In this document: positions 8,950 to 18,493 of the stretch, one piece after another | Layout: each line of letters opens with the position of its first letter | Numbering within the stretch: position 1 is the stretch's first letter | Assembly (NCBI GenBank): GCA_040002895.1 | Contig: JBDUDP010000005.1 | Location: 3,110-67,109, forward strand | Direction: 5' to 3' | Length of the DNA: 64,000 bases | Origin: Gemmatimonadota bacterium | GTDB taxonomy: Bacteria > Gemmatimonadota > Gemmatimonadetes > Gemmatimonadales > GWC2-71-9 | Notes under the pieces: generated by a model | What the model saw: only the letters and a program-made list of their open reading frames with translations | The model's database searches: none | What the model was told of the DNA's origin: nothing | Translations under genes and position numbers: made by a program

Positions 8950-10635
8950 ATGCGTCACGTGTCGTCGCTCCCGCTGGCCGGCTCGCTGCTCCTCCTGGCG
9001 GCCTGCGGCAGCTCGCCTACCGGTCCGGTCACGGTCGAGCCGCTCTGTTCGACACCCATGGCCGTCACGCTCAATCCGGGCGACTCTCGCGTCCTCAACG
9101 CCTCCAGCGAGACGGCCTGCATCCGGCTCCCCGGAGCTGCCAGCGCCAGCGAATATCTGGTGGTGGCCTACAGCGGTAACGGCACCGAGTCCAACAACGG
9201 TGTGTCGGCCAGCTACGCGCTGCAGGGTGATCCGGCCGTCGCGACAGCGTCCGCGGTGGCCGGGTTCGGCTCCCTCTCGGAGCTGCCCGGTACCGCGCCA
9301 TTCGTGCGAGGTAGTGCGGCCGAGTTCCACCTGCGGCTTCGCGCCGCAGAGCACGCGCTTGCCACCAGCGGCTCGGCACAGCTGCAGCACCTCTGGAGCG
9401 GACCCCCGGCGGCGAGGGTGATCCCGGTCTTTGGCGATCGCGATTCCTTCTCGGTCTGCAAGGTGATTGTCTGCAACTCCTTCACGCGGGTCGGCGCTAC
9501 TGTGCGCTACGTGGGTCGTGCCGGCGTGATCTACCTCGACGATGCCACCACGGCCGGCGCCGAGCAGCTGACCCAGGCCGATCTCGACCAGCTCGGCGGC
9601 GTCTTCGATGACTACCTCTATCCCGCCGACACCACCGCCTTCGGGCGGGAGTCGGACATCAATGGCGACCAGCGCGTCGCGATCCTGATCACCAAGGCCG
9701 TCAACGACCTCACACCTGATTGCACCAACGGGCGCGTAATCGGCTACTTCTTTGGCAATGACCTGCTCGTGGGCGCAGTGGGATCGAATCGTCGCGAGGT
9801 GTTCTATGCCTTCGCACCGAAGCCCGCGACCGCCAGCTGCAGCGCGGTGACACGCTCGCGCGAGTTGACCTCGCTGCCGCCCACGCTGATTCACGAATTT
9901 CAGCACATGATCTCGTACAACCAGCATGTTCTGATTCGTGGCAGCTCCGACGAAGATCTCTGGCTCAACGAGGGGCTGTCGCACTTTGCCGAGGAGCTGG
10001 GCTTCCGGGTGACACCCGACGCCGCGTGTCCTGCGGCGACCAGTTGCTTCTCCCAGTTCGCCTCGGGCGACCTAAGCGATGCCTACGATTATCTCAACGA
10101 TCCCGAGGCCACCTTCCTGATCGCACCACGCAGCGGCACCGGTTCGCTGGCCGAGCGTGGTGCGGCGTGGCTCTTTGTGCGCTGGGCTGCGGATCACTTT
10201 GCCAGCGACACGCTGCTGGGGACGTCGCTCACGCGGGCGCTGGTGCAGACCACGCAGGTCGGATCGGAGAGTGTGGCGAGTGCCGCGGGCATCCCGTTCT
10301 CGACGCTGGTGGGCGAGTGGCAGATGGCCAACTACACGGACAACCTGCCGGGTTTCCCGCAGGTCGGTCGGCTGCGCTATCGCACCTGGGATTTCCGCGG
10401 AGTCTTCGGGCGCAACTCGCCCGCGGTGTTTGCGAAGCCGTATCCGCTCACGCCCGACAGCACCAGCGGGAGCTACTCGCGCAGCGGCACGCTGCGAGGT
10501 GGCAGCGGGCGGCATGTGCGCTTCAAGCTGCCGGCCGGGTCACCGGGCGTGACGGTGCGGCTGGCCGGTTCCACGGCCGGGACGCGCGTGAATGACGCCA
10601 TTCTCCCCCGGATCGCGGTGGTTCGCATCCAGTGA
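8950..10635 (+). CDS. Secreted lipoprotein, HExxH gluzincin-type metallopeptidase (possibly M30/hyicolysin-like)
   Basis: Lipobox signal 'SLPLAGSLLLLAAC'. Zinc motif 'LIHEFQHMISY', followed 27 residues later by 'WLNEGLSHFAEE' as a candidate third-ligand Glu. The C-terminal ~90 aa look beta-rich. Confidence 0.6.
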   Translation: MRHVSSLPLAGSLLLLAACGSSPTGPVTVEPLCSTPMAVTLNPGDSRVLNASSETACIRLPGAASASEYLVVAYSGNGTESNNGVSASYALQGDPAVATASAVAGFGSLSELPGTAPFVRGSAAEFHLRLRAAEHALATSGSAQLQHLWSGPPAARVIPVFGDRDSFSVCKVIVCNSFTRVGATVRYVGRAGVIYLDDATTAGAEQLTQADLDQLGGVFDDYLYPADTTAFGRESDINGDQRVAILITKAVNDLTPDCTNGRVIGYFFGNDLLVGAVGSNRREVFYAFAPKPATASCSAVTRSRELTSLPPTLIHEFQHMISYNQHVLIRGSSDEDLWLNEGLSHFAEELGFRVTPDAACPAATSCFSQFASGDLSDAYDYLNDPEATFLIAPRSGTGSLAERGAAWLFVRWAADHFASDTLLGTSLTRALVQTTQVGSESVASAAGIPFSTLVGEWQMANYTDNLPGFPQVGRLRYRTWDFRGVFGRNSPAVFAKPYPLTPDSTSGSYSRSGTLRGGSGRHVRFKLPAGSPGVTVRLAGSTAGTRVNDAILPRIAVVRIQ

Positions 10636-11507
10636 GGTCGTGGCTGGGGGTTGCCGTCCTACCGCTGCTGGTCGCGGCACTCCGGGGGCAGGATGCTCCG
10701 CCGATTCCGGCCCTCGCCAACTTGCCCGCCTCCGTGCGCGTCGCCGGCTTTGCCGGTGCCGGCGTCGCCATCCCGGGCTATGCCTCGGCCGTCTTCGACA
10801 ATCCCTCGGCAATCGGCCCGATTCGCAAGCTCTCTTTGGAAGCCGCCTATGCCCGGCTCCCCGACGACAGTTGGTACACCACCGGGGCGGCCGCCTTGCG
10901 CGCTGGGCCGTTCAATGTCGGTGGTGGCTATCGCTACCTGCGCTATCAGGGTGACCCGCCGATTCACGACAACCTCTCCTGGGTGGGTGCTGGCGCGTAT
11001 CGACTGAGCGGCGTCGCCATCGGCGCCTCGGCCAAGTACGTCTCGGTGACCGATTCCGTCGGCACGGTGTACCGCACCCTTACCTCCGATGCCGGGCTCA
11101 CGCTGGCCTTCTTCGACATCGCCGCCATTGGGCTCACGTTCCAGAATCTCGGTCGCTATTCGCTGAGCGGTGCCGGGTTGCAGCTTCCCTCCAGCACCCA
11201 TCTTGGCTTCTCATTCAACCTCATCGACACCTATTCCAACGGTCGGTTGCTGGCCACGGTCGAGACGGTGTGGGCCGACGGCGAGCCGCGTCGCAGCATC
11301 ATTGGGCTCGAGGGTGGGGTGGTGTTCCACGGCGTGGGGCTGGTGGGGCGCATCGGGACCGGTGGCCAGCCGGCAGGGAGTGGGGTCGGGAAGACGGCGT
11401 ACGGTGCCTCGCTGGTGCTGCCGCGTACGCGCATTGACTATGCCTACCAGAGTCGCAGTGCGCTGGGTCGCAGCGTGCATCTCGTGGGCCTGAGCTGGAC
11501 ACCCTGA
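10632..11507 (+). CDS. Outer-membrane beta-barrel protein, FadL/PorV-like N-terminal motif
   Basis: Signal peptide 'MRSWLGVAVLPLLVAALRGQ'. 'VAGFAGAGVAIPGYASAVFDNPSAIG' resembles the G-x-G-G-A..NPA motif of FadL/PorV-type barrels. The rest shows an alternating beta-strand pattern. Its ATG overlaps the upstream stop (ATGA). Confidence 0.45.
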   Translation: MRSWLGVAVLPLLVAALRGQDAPPIPALANLPASVRVAGFAGAGVAIPGYASAVFDNPSAIGPIRKLSLEAAYARLPDDSWYTTGAAALRAGPFNVGGGYRYLRYQGDPPIHDNLSWVGAGAYRLSGVAIGASAKYVSVTDSVGTVYRTLTSDAGLTLAFFDIAAIGLTFQNLGRYSLSGAGLQLPSSTHLGFSFNLIDTYSNGRLLATVETVWADGEPRRSIIGLEGGVVFHGVGLVGRIGTGGQPAGSGVGKTAYGASLVLPRTRIDYAYQSRSALGRSVHLVGLSWTP

Positions 11508-12631
11508 TGGTCAAAAGGAGCCGACTGCGGATGGGATTGCTGATTGCTGCCGCTACGCTGCTGCTGGGATATGGCACTGCCTACGTCGCGTCATCGGAGG
11601 TGCGCTATCTCTCGCGCGCGGGCATCGAGGAGACGCGCATTCTCACCGGGCGGATCCCCATCACCGCGCTGGCGCGTGATAGCTCGGTACCCGATTCCAT
11701 CCGCGCCATGGCAAAGCTGGTGGTGGAGGTGCGCGGTTATGCCGCGCGACTGGGCCTCGATGCCAAGGAGACCTACACCAGTTACAGCGACGTCGGACGC
11801 GACACCCTGTTGTTGGTGCTCACGGCCTCACCGAAGAATTGTCTCTGTCCGGTGACCTGGCGTTATCCGATCGCGGGACGAGTACCCTACAAGGGATTCT
11901 TTGATTTCGACGAGGGCAAGCGCGCCGCCTCCAGCTATGCGGTCAAGGGGTATGACGTGAACCTGCGTCCCTCGGCCGCGTTCTCGACCCTGGGATGGTT
12001 CAACGACCCGCTGCTCTCGACGGCGCTCACCCGCGACTCGGTGGAGTTGGCCTCGTTGGTGTTCCACGAGATTGCCCACAACACTATCTGGGTGAAGGGC
12101 GCCACCGATTTCAACGAGAGCTTCGCGCAATGGGTGGGCTACCGTGCCACCGAGGAGTTCTTCCTCGCCCGCGGCGACACCGCGCTCTCGTTCCGCGCCG
12201 GCGACCGCTGGCATGATGAGCAGGTGCTGGGCGACTACTACGGCCTGCTGCTCGGCAAGCTCGACTCGCTCTATGCTCTCAAGCTTCCCAGCGACGAGAA
12301 CGATGCGGGGCGGGCGACAATCGCCCGTTGGAGTGCCGACACGCTTTCCGGTCCGCTGGGACAATCCCTGCGGACCATCCGGGTCACCCGCTTCGCGGAG
12401 CGGCCCATCAATAACGCCCAGCTGCTGGGCGTGCGCCTCTATCGCACCGAATTGCCGCTCTTCAGCAGCTGGGACCGCGCCTTCCGAGGCGACCTCACCC
12501 GGGCGCTTTACACTCTGGGGGCCCTGCTCCAGGACGCCAAGGGGAGCGAGGCGTTCGATCTGATGCGGGCGATGGTCAAGACCATCCGCCCCATCGGCAA
12601 CCCGGCGGCGGGTGCGGGCGATCCACAGTAA
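11507..12631 (+). CDS. Putative aminopeptidase (COG4324 / Aminopep family zinc peptidase)
   Basis: 'LVFHEIAHNTIWVKGATDFNESFAQWVG' matches the HExxH..FNES signature of this family. It has an N-terminal membrane or signal helix. Its ATG shares one nt with the upstream TGA. Confidence 0.7.
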   Translation: MVKRSRLRMGLLIAAATLLLGYGTAYVASSEVRYLSRAGIEETRILTGRIPITALARDSSVPDSIRAMAKLVVEVRGYAARLGLDAKETYTSYSDVGRDTLLLVLTASPKNCLCPVTWRYPIAGRVPYKGFFDFDEGKRAASSYAVKGYDVNLRPSAAFSTLGWFNDPLLSTALTRDSVELASLVFHEIAHNTIWVKGATDFNESFAQWVGYRATEEFFLARGDTALSFRAGDRWHDEQVLGDYYGLLLGKLDSLYALKLPSDENDAGRATIARWSADTLSGPLGQSLRTIRVTRFAERPINNAQLLGVRLYRTELPLFSSWDRAFRGDLTRALYTLGALLQDAKGSEAFDLMRAMVKTIRPIGNPAAGAGDPQ

Positions 12632-12666
12632 GTTGCAGGTCACCTTCTCGAGTTGGAGCCGGCCCG

Positions 12667-14028
12667 ATGGATGATCAGTTCATTTCACGAGAGGAGCCGC
12701 GCCTGCTGGCGGAGCTCTTTGATTTCCTTGCCATCCCGAGCGTCAGCACGCTGCCGGCCCATGCCGATGACTGCCGTCGCGCAGCCCAGTGGCTGGTCGA
12801 TCAACTGTTCACCCTCGGGTGTCCCACGGTACAGCTGATCGAGGGCGATGGCCATCCGGTAGTGTGGGGCGAGAGCCCGCACGTTCCCGGTGCGCCCACA
12901 CTGCTGATCTATGGTCACTACGATGTCCAACCGCCTGATCCGCTCGATGAGTGGCACACGCCGCCGTTCGTGCCGTCCATCCGCGATGGACAGCTGTTCG
13001 CGCGCGGCGCCATCGATGACAAGGGGCAGGTGTTCTGCCTGCTCAAGGCGTATGAGGCGACGCTGGGCGAAGGGAAGCTGCCCCCCATCAACGTCCGCTT
13101 CTTGTTCGAAGGGGAAGAAGAGTGCGGCGGGCGGGTGGTGTTCGACCTGCTGGCCGCCGAACCGCAGCGCACCGCGGTGGATGCGGTCCTCGTCGCCGAC
13201 ATGTCATACTACGCCAAGGGGTGGCCGGCCGTCTACACCGCGTTGCGCGGCATGTGCTACGCCGAGCTGCATGTGCGTACGCTACAGCGAGACCTGCACT
13301 CGGGGAGTTATGGCGGCGTGGCACCGAACGCCATCGAGACGCTCTGTCGCATGCTCACCGATCTCAAGGGACGCAGCGGCAAGATTCGGGTCCCCAAGCT
13401 CTACAAGAGTGTCGAGGCGCCGAGCAAGGCAGAGCGGAAGGGGTGGAACTCGCTGCCGTTTGATGAAGCCGAGTTCCTGCGCGATGAAGTCACGGCGAGT
13501 GCACTTACCGGCCTCGAGCGGTTCACGGTGTTCGAGCGCACCTGGGCACTGCCGACTTTCGAGATCCACGGCATCCGTGGTGGCTTCACCGGCGAAGGCG
13601 CCAAGACGGTGATCCCGGCCGTCGGCGTCGCCAAGATCTCGATGCGGCTGGTGCCGGGCCTCTCGCTCGCGTTTGCCCAGGCGCAGCTGCGCAAGGCCGT
13701 CGCCAAGGTTGCGCCGCCGTTCGCCGAGTGGGAGCTCAAGTTCTTGCATGGCGGCGATCCGGTGCAGGTCGATGTCACGCATCCGGTGTTCCAGGTACTC
13801 GATCGCGCCTTCGAGGAAGTGGTGGGGCGTCCCACCGTGGCGGTGCGTGCCGGTGGCTCGATTCCGATCGTGCCCGAGCTCGGGCGCAGCGGCGCCCCGG
13901 TGCTGCTCACCGGCATCGGATTGCCCGATGATGGTCTGCACTCACCGAACGAGAAGCTGGATCTCAGTCAGTTGTGGGAGGGGATTCGCGTGTTCGGGAG
14001 GTTCTTCGAGTTGCTTGGGGCGAAGTAG
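12667..14028 (+). CDS. M20 family dipeptidase (ArgE/DapE/CPG2-like)
   Basis: 'LLIYGHYDVQPPDPLDEWHTPPF.P.IRDG.LFARGAIDDKGQ', 'FLFEGEEECGG' and a C-terminal 'G.PDD..HSPNEK' motif. Confidence 0.85.
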   Translation: MDDQFISREEPRLLAELFDFLAIPSVSTLPAHADDCRRAAQWLVDQLFTLGCPTVQLIEGDGHPVVWGESPHVPGAPTLLIYGHYDVQPPDPLDEWHTPPFVPSIRDGQLFARGAIDDKGQVFCLLKAYEATLGEGKLPPINVRFLFEGEEECGGRVVFDLLAAEPQRTAVDAVLVADMSYYAKGWPAVYTALRGMCYAELHVRTLQRDLHSGSYGGVAPNAIETLCRMLTDLKGRSGKIRVPKLYKSVEAPSKAERKGWNSLPFDEAEFLRDEVTASALTGLERFTVFERTWALPTFEIHGIRGGFTGEGAKTVIPAVGVAKISMRLVPGLSLAFAQAQLRKAVAKVAPPFAEWELKFLHGGDPVQVDVTHPVFQVLDRAFEEVVGRPTVAVRAGGSIPIVPELGRSGAPVLLTGIGLPDDGLHSPNEKLDLSQLWEGIRVFGRFFELLGAK

Positions 14029-14165
14029 CACCGGTCTGTGGCCGCGCTGGCCCAGCGTTGGCGCGGTGTGTACAGCGGTGTACTGTTCGTGAGCACCCCT
14101 CATGCCGGGACGTGGTTCTGTTGCCGGTGAATTGTCGAGAGGTCAGGTAGGCAGCGAGGCCCCCT

Positions 14166-16736
14166 ATGTATCAACTCTTCCCGCGGCTCTCTATCCAGTG
14201 GAAGTTGCCTCTTCTCGTGACGGCCGTGATGCTTCTCATCATTGCGGCCCTGCTGGGCTTGGCATACCGCGAGGTGGAGCGGGTCTCGGCAGCAACAGTG
14301 TCCGAGCGACTTCAGACCCTCTCGACCCAGATTGAGACGTCGCTTCGCAGCAGCTCCGCTGCCTCCGAGCATGGCGCGCGTCGCCTCGCCTCGCTACCCG
14401 AAGCCCACCAGTACTTCCGATCGCCATCCTCCGCGGCGGCGGGGGTGTTGTTCGCGGCGATCGCCCGCATCGATGGTGATGACTCCACCGCGGCGGCGGT
14501 TGCGCTGCTCGATGTCGACGGGCGGCCGCTGGCGATCAGTGGGCGAATGCACGCCTCGATCGCATCGCTCCCACTCCCAGTGCTTGCGTCCCGCCTTGCA
14601 GCGTCTCCGGATTCCGCGGCGGTGGGGCCGCTGCAGGTCGTTGGTGGTAAGACCGTCTTTCCGGTCATCGCTGTCGTGACGGAAGGAGGGCGCGAGATCG
14701 GCCGACTCGTCCGCTGGCGGGTGGTGGTACCGAGACCATCGGCGCGGGCGCAGATCGGCGCACTGTTCGGTGGCGGCAGTGCACTGCTGCTCGGCACGCC
14801 GGGCGGAGCCTGGACCGATCAGGTGGAAGTGGTGCCGCAGCCCGAGCTCCCCATGGTCGCCACCACCGCGGCCATCCGCTATACCACCGCCGCCGGGCGT
14901 GGACATCTCGCGGCGGTCGCGTATGACTCCATCTCGGGGTGGTTCAGCGTGCTGGAAGTGCCGGACAGCGTTGTGGAGGCCCCGGCCAGGAATTTTGCGA
15001 CGCGGATCGGGATGATCGGGCTGGCGCTCTCGCTGCTCGCCACCGTGCTGGTCTGGTGGTTCGGCTACCGGATCTCGATCCCGATCCACCGGCTCACGGC
15101 AGTGGCCGACGCGATGGGGGCCGGGCGGGAGCGCGTCCGTGCTGCGGTGACTGGTGACGACGAAGTTGGTCGGCTTGCCCTGACCTTCAACCGCATGGCC
15201 GATCGCATGGAAGCGGGGGCTGCCGCGCGGCAGGCGTCGGAGCGCCAGTGGCGCCTCCTCTTCACCCACAATCCCGTGCCGATGTGGGTCTTTGAGCCCA
15301 CATCGCTCCGTTTCCTCGCCGTCAACGATGCGGCCGTCAAACAGTACGGTTACTCGCGCGCGGAATTCCGCCAGCTGACCCTGCGCGATATTCGCCCGCC
15401 CGAACATGTGGGGATTCTGCTGGAGACGGTCGCCGATGGACTCCGGGAAAATCATACTGTGCGCCAGTTTCGGCACCGCCGCAAGGATGGCACCTTCTTC
15501 GATGTTGAGCTTACCGGAAACAACGTCGAGTTCAATGGTACCCCTGCGCGGTTCGTCATCGCGCAGGACATCACGGTACGCCAGGCACTTGAGTCCCAGT
15601 TGCGCCAGTCGCAGAAGATGGAGGCGGTAGGGCGGCTGGCCGGCGGCGTCGCCCACGATTTCAACAACTTGCTCGCGGTCATCATCGCCTATACCGAGCT
15701 GGTGCGATTCGATACTCCCGACGACGATCCGCATGCTGCCGACCTTGACGAGGTTAAGGCCGCTGGCGAACGCGCGAGCGCACTCACACGCCAGTTGCTG
15801 ACCTTCTCGCGCCGTGATGTGGTGCTTCCTGCGGTGGTCGACCCCAACGGCGCCGTCGCGGCGGTTGACAAGTTGCTGCGGCGACTGATTGGTGAGGATA
15901 TCCACGTGGTGGCCGAGCTCGCTCCTGAACCCGGCGCCATCCACGTCGATCCCGGACAATTTGAACAGGTCCTCATCAATCTGGCGGTCAACGCGCGTGA
16001 TGCCATGCCGACGGGTGGCACGTTGACGATCCGAACCGAGCAGGTGACCGTTGACGAGGCGAGTCGAGAGCTTCACGGCCTACCAGAGGCAGGGCGCTTC
16101 GTGGTGATCTCCGTGAACGACACCGGCGTGGGGATGACGCCCGACGTCCGGAGCCACATCTTCGAGCCGTTCTTCACCACCAAGGAGGTGGGGAAGGGGA
16201 CCGGCCTCGGCCTCGCCACGGTCTATGCCATTGTCACGCAGGCGGGCGGAAGCGTCTCGGTTTATTCCGAGCTGGGGACGGGGAGCACGTTCCGGCTTTA
16301 CTTCCCGGTCGTCGCGGCTCCCGATGCCGTCGCGGCGATTACATCGGGCCAGCATCCCGTGGTGGGAGGCCACGAGACGATTCTGCTGGTCGAGGATGAC
16401 GCCGCGGTGCGTGCCGCCGCCGTCAACGTCCTGCAGCGGCTGGGGTACACCGTACTGGGCGCGGAAGGGGCAGACGATGCCGCCGCCATAGTTGCGCGGC
16501 ACGCCGGGGTCATCGATCTGGTCATCAGCGACGTCGTGATGCCGGGCACCGATGGTCCCACGCTCCTGCACCACCTACGCAACGAGCGGCCGGGGATCAA
16601 GACCTTGCTGATGTCGGGGTATACCGGCGACGCGATCACGCGGCGCGGGGTCATGGAGAGCGGGGTGCCTTTCCTGCAGAAACCCTTCACGGTGGGTCGA
16701 CTGGGCAGGATGGTGCGAGAGGTGCTCGACGGTTGA
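14166..16736 (+). CDS. Hybrid sensor histidine kinase (periplasmic sensor, HAMP, PAS, HisKA, HATPase, receiver)
   Basis: Two TM segments flank a ~270-aa extracytoplasmic region. The HAMP region carries '[17 protein letters not shown]'. A PAS region follows. H-box '[12 protein letters not shown]', G-boxes 'DTGVGM' and 'GKGTGLGLA', and receiver '[18 protein letters not shown]'. Confidence 0.9.
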   Translation: MYQLFPRLSIQWKLPLLVTAVMLLIIAALLGLAYREVERVSAATVSERLQTLSTQIETSLRSSSAASEHGARRLASLPEAHQYFRSPSSAAAGVLFAAIARIDGDDSTAAAVALLDVDGRPLAISGRMHASIASLPLPVLASRLAASPDSAAVGPLQVVGGKTVFPVIAVVTEGGREIGRLVRWRVVVPRPSARAQIGALFGGGSALLLGTPGGAWTDQVEVVPQPELPMVATTAAIRYTTAAGRGHLAAVAYDSISGWFSVLEVPDSVVEAPARNFATRIGMIGLALSLLATVLVWWFGYRISIPIHRLTAVADAMGAGRERVRAAVTGDDEVGRLALTFNRMADRMEAGAAARQASERQWRLLFTHNPVPMWVFEPTSLRFLAVNDAAVKQYGYSRAEFRQLTLRDIRPPEHVGILLETVADGLRENHTVRQFRHRRKDGTFFDVELTGNNVEFNGTPARFVIAQDITVRQALESQLRQSQKMEAVGRLAGGVAHDFNNLLAVIIAYTELVRFDTPDDDPHAADLDEVKAAGERASALTRQLLTFSRRDVVLPAVVDPNGAVAAVDKLLRRLIGEDIHVVAELAPEPGAIHVDPGQFEQVLINLAVNARDAMPTGGTLTIRTEQVTVDEASRELHGLPEAGRFVVISVNDTGVGMTPDVRSHIFEPFFTTKEVGKGTGLGLATVYAIVTQAGGSVSVYSELGTGSTFRLYFPVVAAPDAVAAITSGQHPVVGGHETILLVEDDAAVRAAAVNVLQRLGYTVLGAEGADDAAAIVARHAGVIDLVISDVVMPGTDGPTLLHHLRNERPGIKTLLMSGYTGDAITRRGVMESGVPFLQKPFTVGRLGRMVREVLDG

Positions 16737-16767
16737 TGGGCGTCAGCGCAAGCGATGCAGGAGTGCG

Positions 16768-17367
16768 TCAATCCTCGTCGCGCACCACGCGCGGCCGGCC
16801 GCCGCCAGCGTACTGCGCCTCGATCCTGGAGTAGAGGTCATCCGCGCCGATCACGCCCTTGACTGAGGCAATCACGCCGCAAACCACATCCTCGGCCCAG
16901 TATTCGTCGGGGCGACCCTTCTCGGGAAGCAGCAGTCGCTTCTTCTGCAGATAGTCGATGGCGGTTTGCTGCCACTCGGCCTGCGCGGTGGCCACCACCG
17001 ACCACGACCCGGTGGCCCGCAGCTCCATCTCGGCGAGCGCATCGAGGTGCTCCCGCAGCTCGCGGGCGATCGGCCCGGTGCGCAGGCGGTCGGCGACCAA
17101 CGTGAGCACGGCGCGTCGCTCGGACTCCATCGGCTCCGGCAATGGGGCCATATAGTGCCGCTGATCGGCCACCATCTCCGCCAGTCGCACGCAGACCGCA
17201 CGGATCGCTGGCGTCAGTTCGCTCGGTGCCTCAGCCGCCCACGAGGTCGCGGCGCGGAGGATGGCCGAAATCCGGTCATCGGCCGCAGTGGAAATCTTCT
17301 CCTGATCAAACGCGTCAGCCATACCGTGAAGGGTGTCCCGCCCCGGCTCGAATGGCAAGGGAAGCAT
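16768..17367 (-). CDS. Hypothetical cytoplasmic protein (199 aa), translationally coupled to lipB
   Basis: Internal Met72 of ORF 16768..17580 shares one nt with the lipB stop (TGATG at 17365-17369). Codon bias is good. I recognised no family. Confidence 0.5.
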   Translation of the reverse strand: MLPLPFEPGRDTLHGMADAFDQEKISTAADDRISAILRAATSWAAEAPSELTPAIRAVCVRLAEMVADQRHYMAPLPEPMESERRAVLTLVADRLRTGPIARELREHLDALAEMELRATGSWSVVATAQAEWQQTAIDYLQKKRLLLPEKGRPDEYWAEDVVCGVIASVKGVIGADDLYSRIEAQYAGGGRPRVVRDED

Positions 17368-18035
17368 CAACTCTGCCACGGTGCAAGCGAGAACGCCGCG
17401 GCGAACGAGGCCACCGTGGCCGCGCGGGTGGCCTCCCAGATCGCGGCGTGCTCGTCGCGGTCGCCCCGCTCGCGAGCCACGGAGGTCATCACCACACCCT
17501 CGAGGCCACAGGGCACGATCTGGTCGAACCATCGCAGGTCGGGATGGACGTTCAGAGCGAAGCCGTGGAGCGTCACCCACTGCTTCACGTGGATGCCGAG
17601 ACTCGCGATCTTGCCTTGAGCGGTCCAGACACCGGTTTTTCCCGCGACGCGGTCCCCCGGAATATCGAGAGTCGCGAGGGCGTTGATGAGTGCCTGCTCC
17701 AGGGTGCGCAGGTACCAGTGAAGATCCTCGCGGTGTTGGGAGAGGTGCAGGATCGGATAACCCACCAACTGTCCCGGCCCGTGCCAGGTCACGTCACCGC
17801 CACGCTCGATCTCGACGACCTCGGCCCCGGAGGCGCGGAGGGCCTCGATCGGCACCGGCAGCGAGCTGGCCTGTGTTCCGCGGCCCAGCGTGTAGACCGA
17901 GTCGTGCTCCACCAGCAACAACATGTCGTGCGGGAGAGAGCCGTCGATGCGCGCGAGCCGCAGGGCACGCTGCCGTTCCAGGACCTCATGGTAGCCGCGC
18001 CGACCGAGGTCGACCACCTCGAGTGGTCGCGCCAT
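17367..18035 (-). CDS. lipB: Octanoyltransferase (lipoyl(octanoyl) transferase)
   Basis: 'LLLVEHDSVYTLGR', 'ERGGDVTWHGPGQLVGYPIL', 'GIHV..WVT.HGFALNV' and 'IVPCGL' motifs. The start is placed at Met68 (MARPLEVVDLG), which overlaps the upstream stop (TGATG). Confidence 0.9.
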   Translation of the reverse strand: MARPLEVVDLGRRGYHEVLERQRALRLARIDGSLPHDMLLLVEHDSVYTLGRGTQASSLPVPIEALRASGAEVVEIERGGDVTWHGPGQLVGYPILHLSQHREDLHWYLRTLEQALINALATLDIPGDRVAGKTGVWTAQGKIASLGIHVKQWVTLHGFALNVHPDLRWFDQIVPCGLEGVVMTSVARERGDRDEHAAIWEATRAATVASFAAAFSLAPWQS

Positions 18036-18493
18036 CAGACCGCCGCGCGGGCCCGTCGCGCAAACCAGGCCGCGACGACGGCCGCCACCGCCGCCAGCCC
18101 CAGCAGGGCCGTGGTGCCCAGCACGCCGCGCACCATCATCGTCAGGATCACGCTGAGCATGAACCCACCGAAGGCCGACACCATGGCGAGCCCGCCGCGG
18201 CGATAGTTCGAGTCCACCGGGCCCATCAGCAGCCACGCCACGCCGGCCGAACCGAAGACGGCGATGGCGGTGCCGTAGATCAGGAGGTTGACGGCGGTGC
18301 CGTCAGTGATGTTCTCGCGCGACGTGATGCCACTGTTCGCGGCGACGTATGTGGTGGCCCAGGTCACCACGGCAATGGCGGCGATGGCCAGTGCCATCGC
18401 CGCCGCCATCGCGTTGGCGGCGAGGCCCACGCGGTCGTCCTTGGGAGCCGACTCGCCGAACGGGTTCGGCGAGGGATGCGCCGGATCGGCCAC
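18035..18493 (-). CDS. Small integral membrane protein (about 4 TM helices), unknown function
   Basis: 152-aa Ala/Gly/Val-rich product with four hydrophobic segments. It abuts the lpd stop (18494) and overlaps the lipB start. Confidence 0.55.
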   Translation of the reverse strand: MADPAHPSPNPFGESAPKDDRVGLAANAMAAAMALAIAAIAVVTWATTYVAANSGITSRENITDGTAVNLLIYGTAIAVFGSAGVAWLLMGPVDSNYRRGGLAMVSAFGGFMLSVILTMMVRGVLGTTALLGLAAVAAVVAAWFARRARAAV

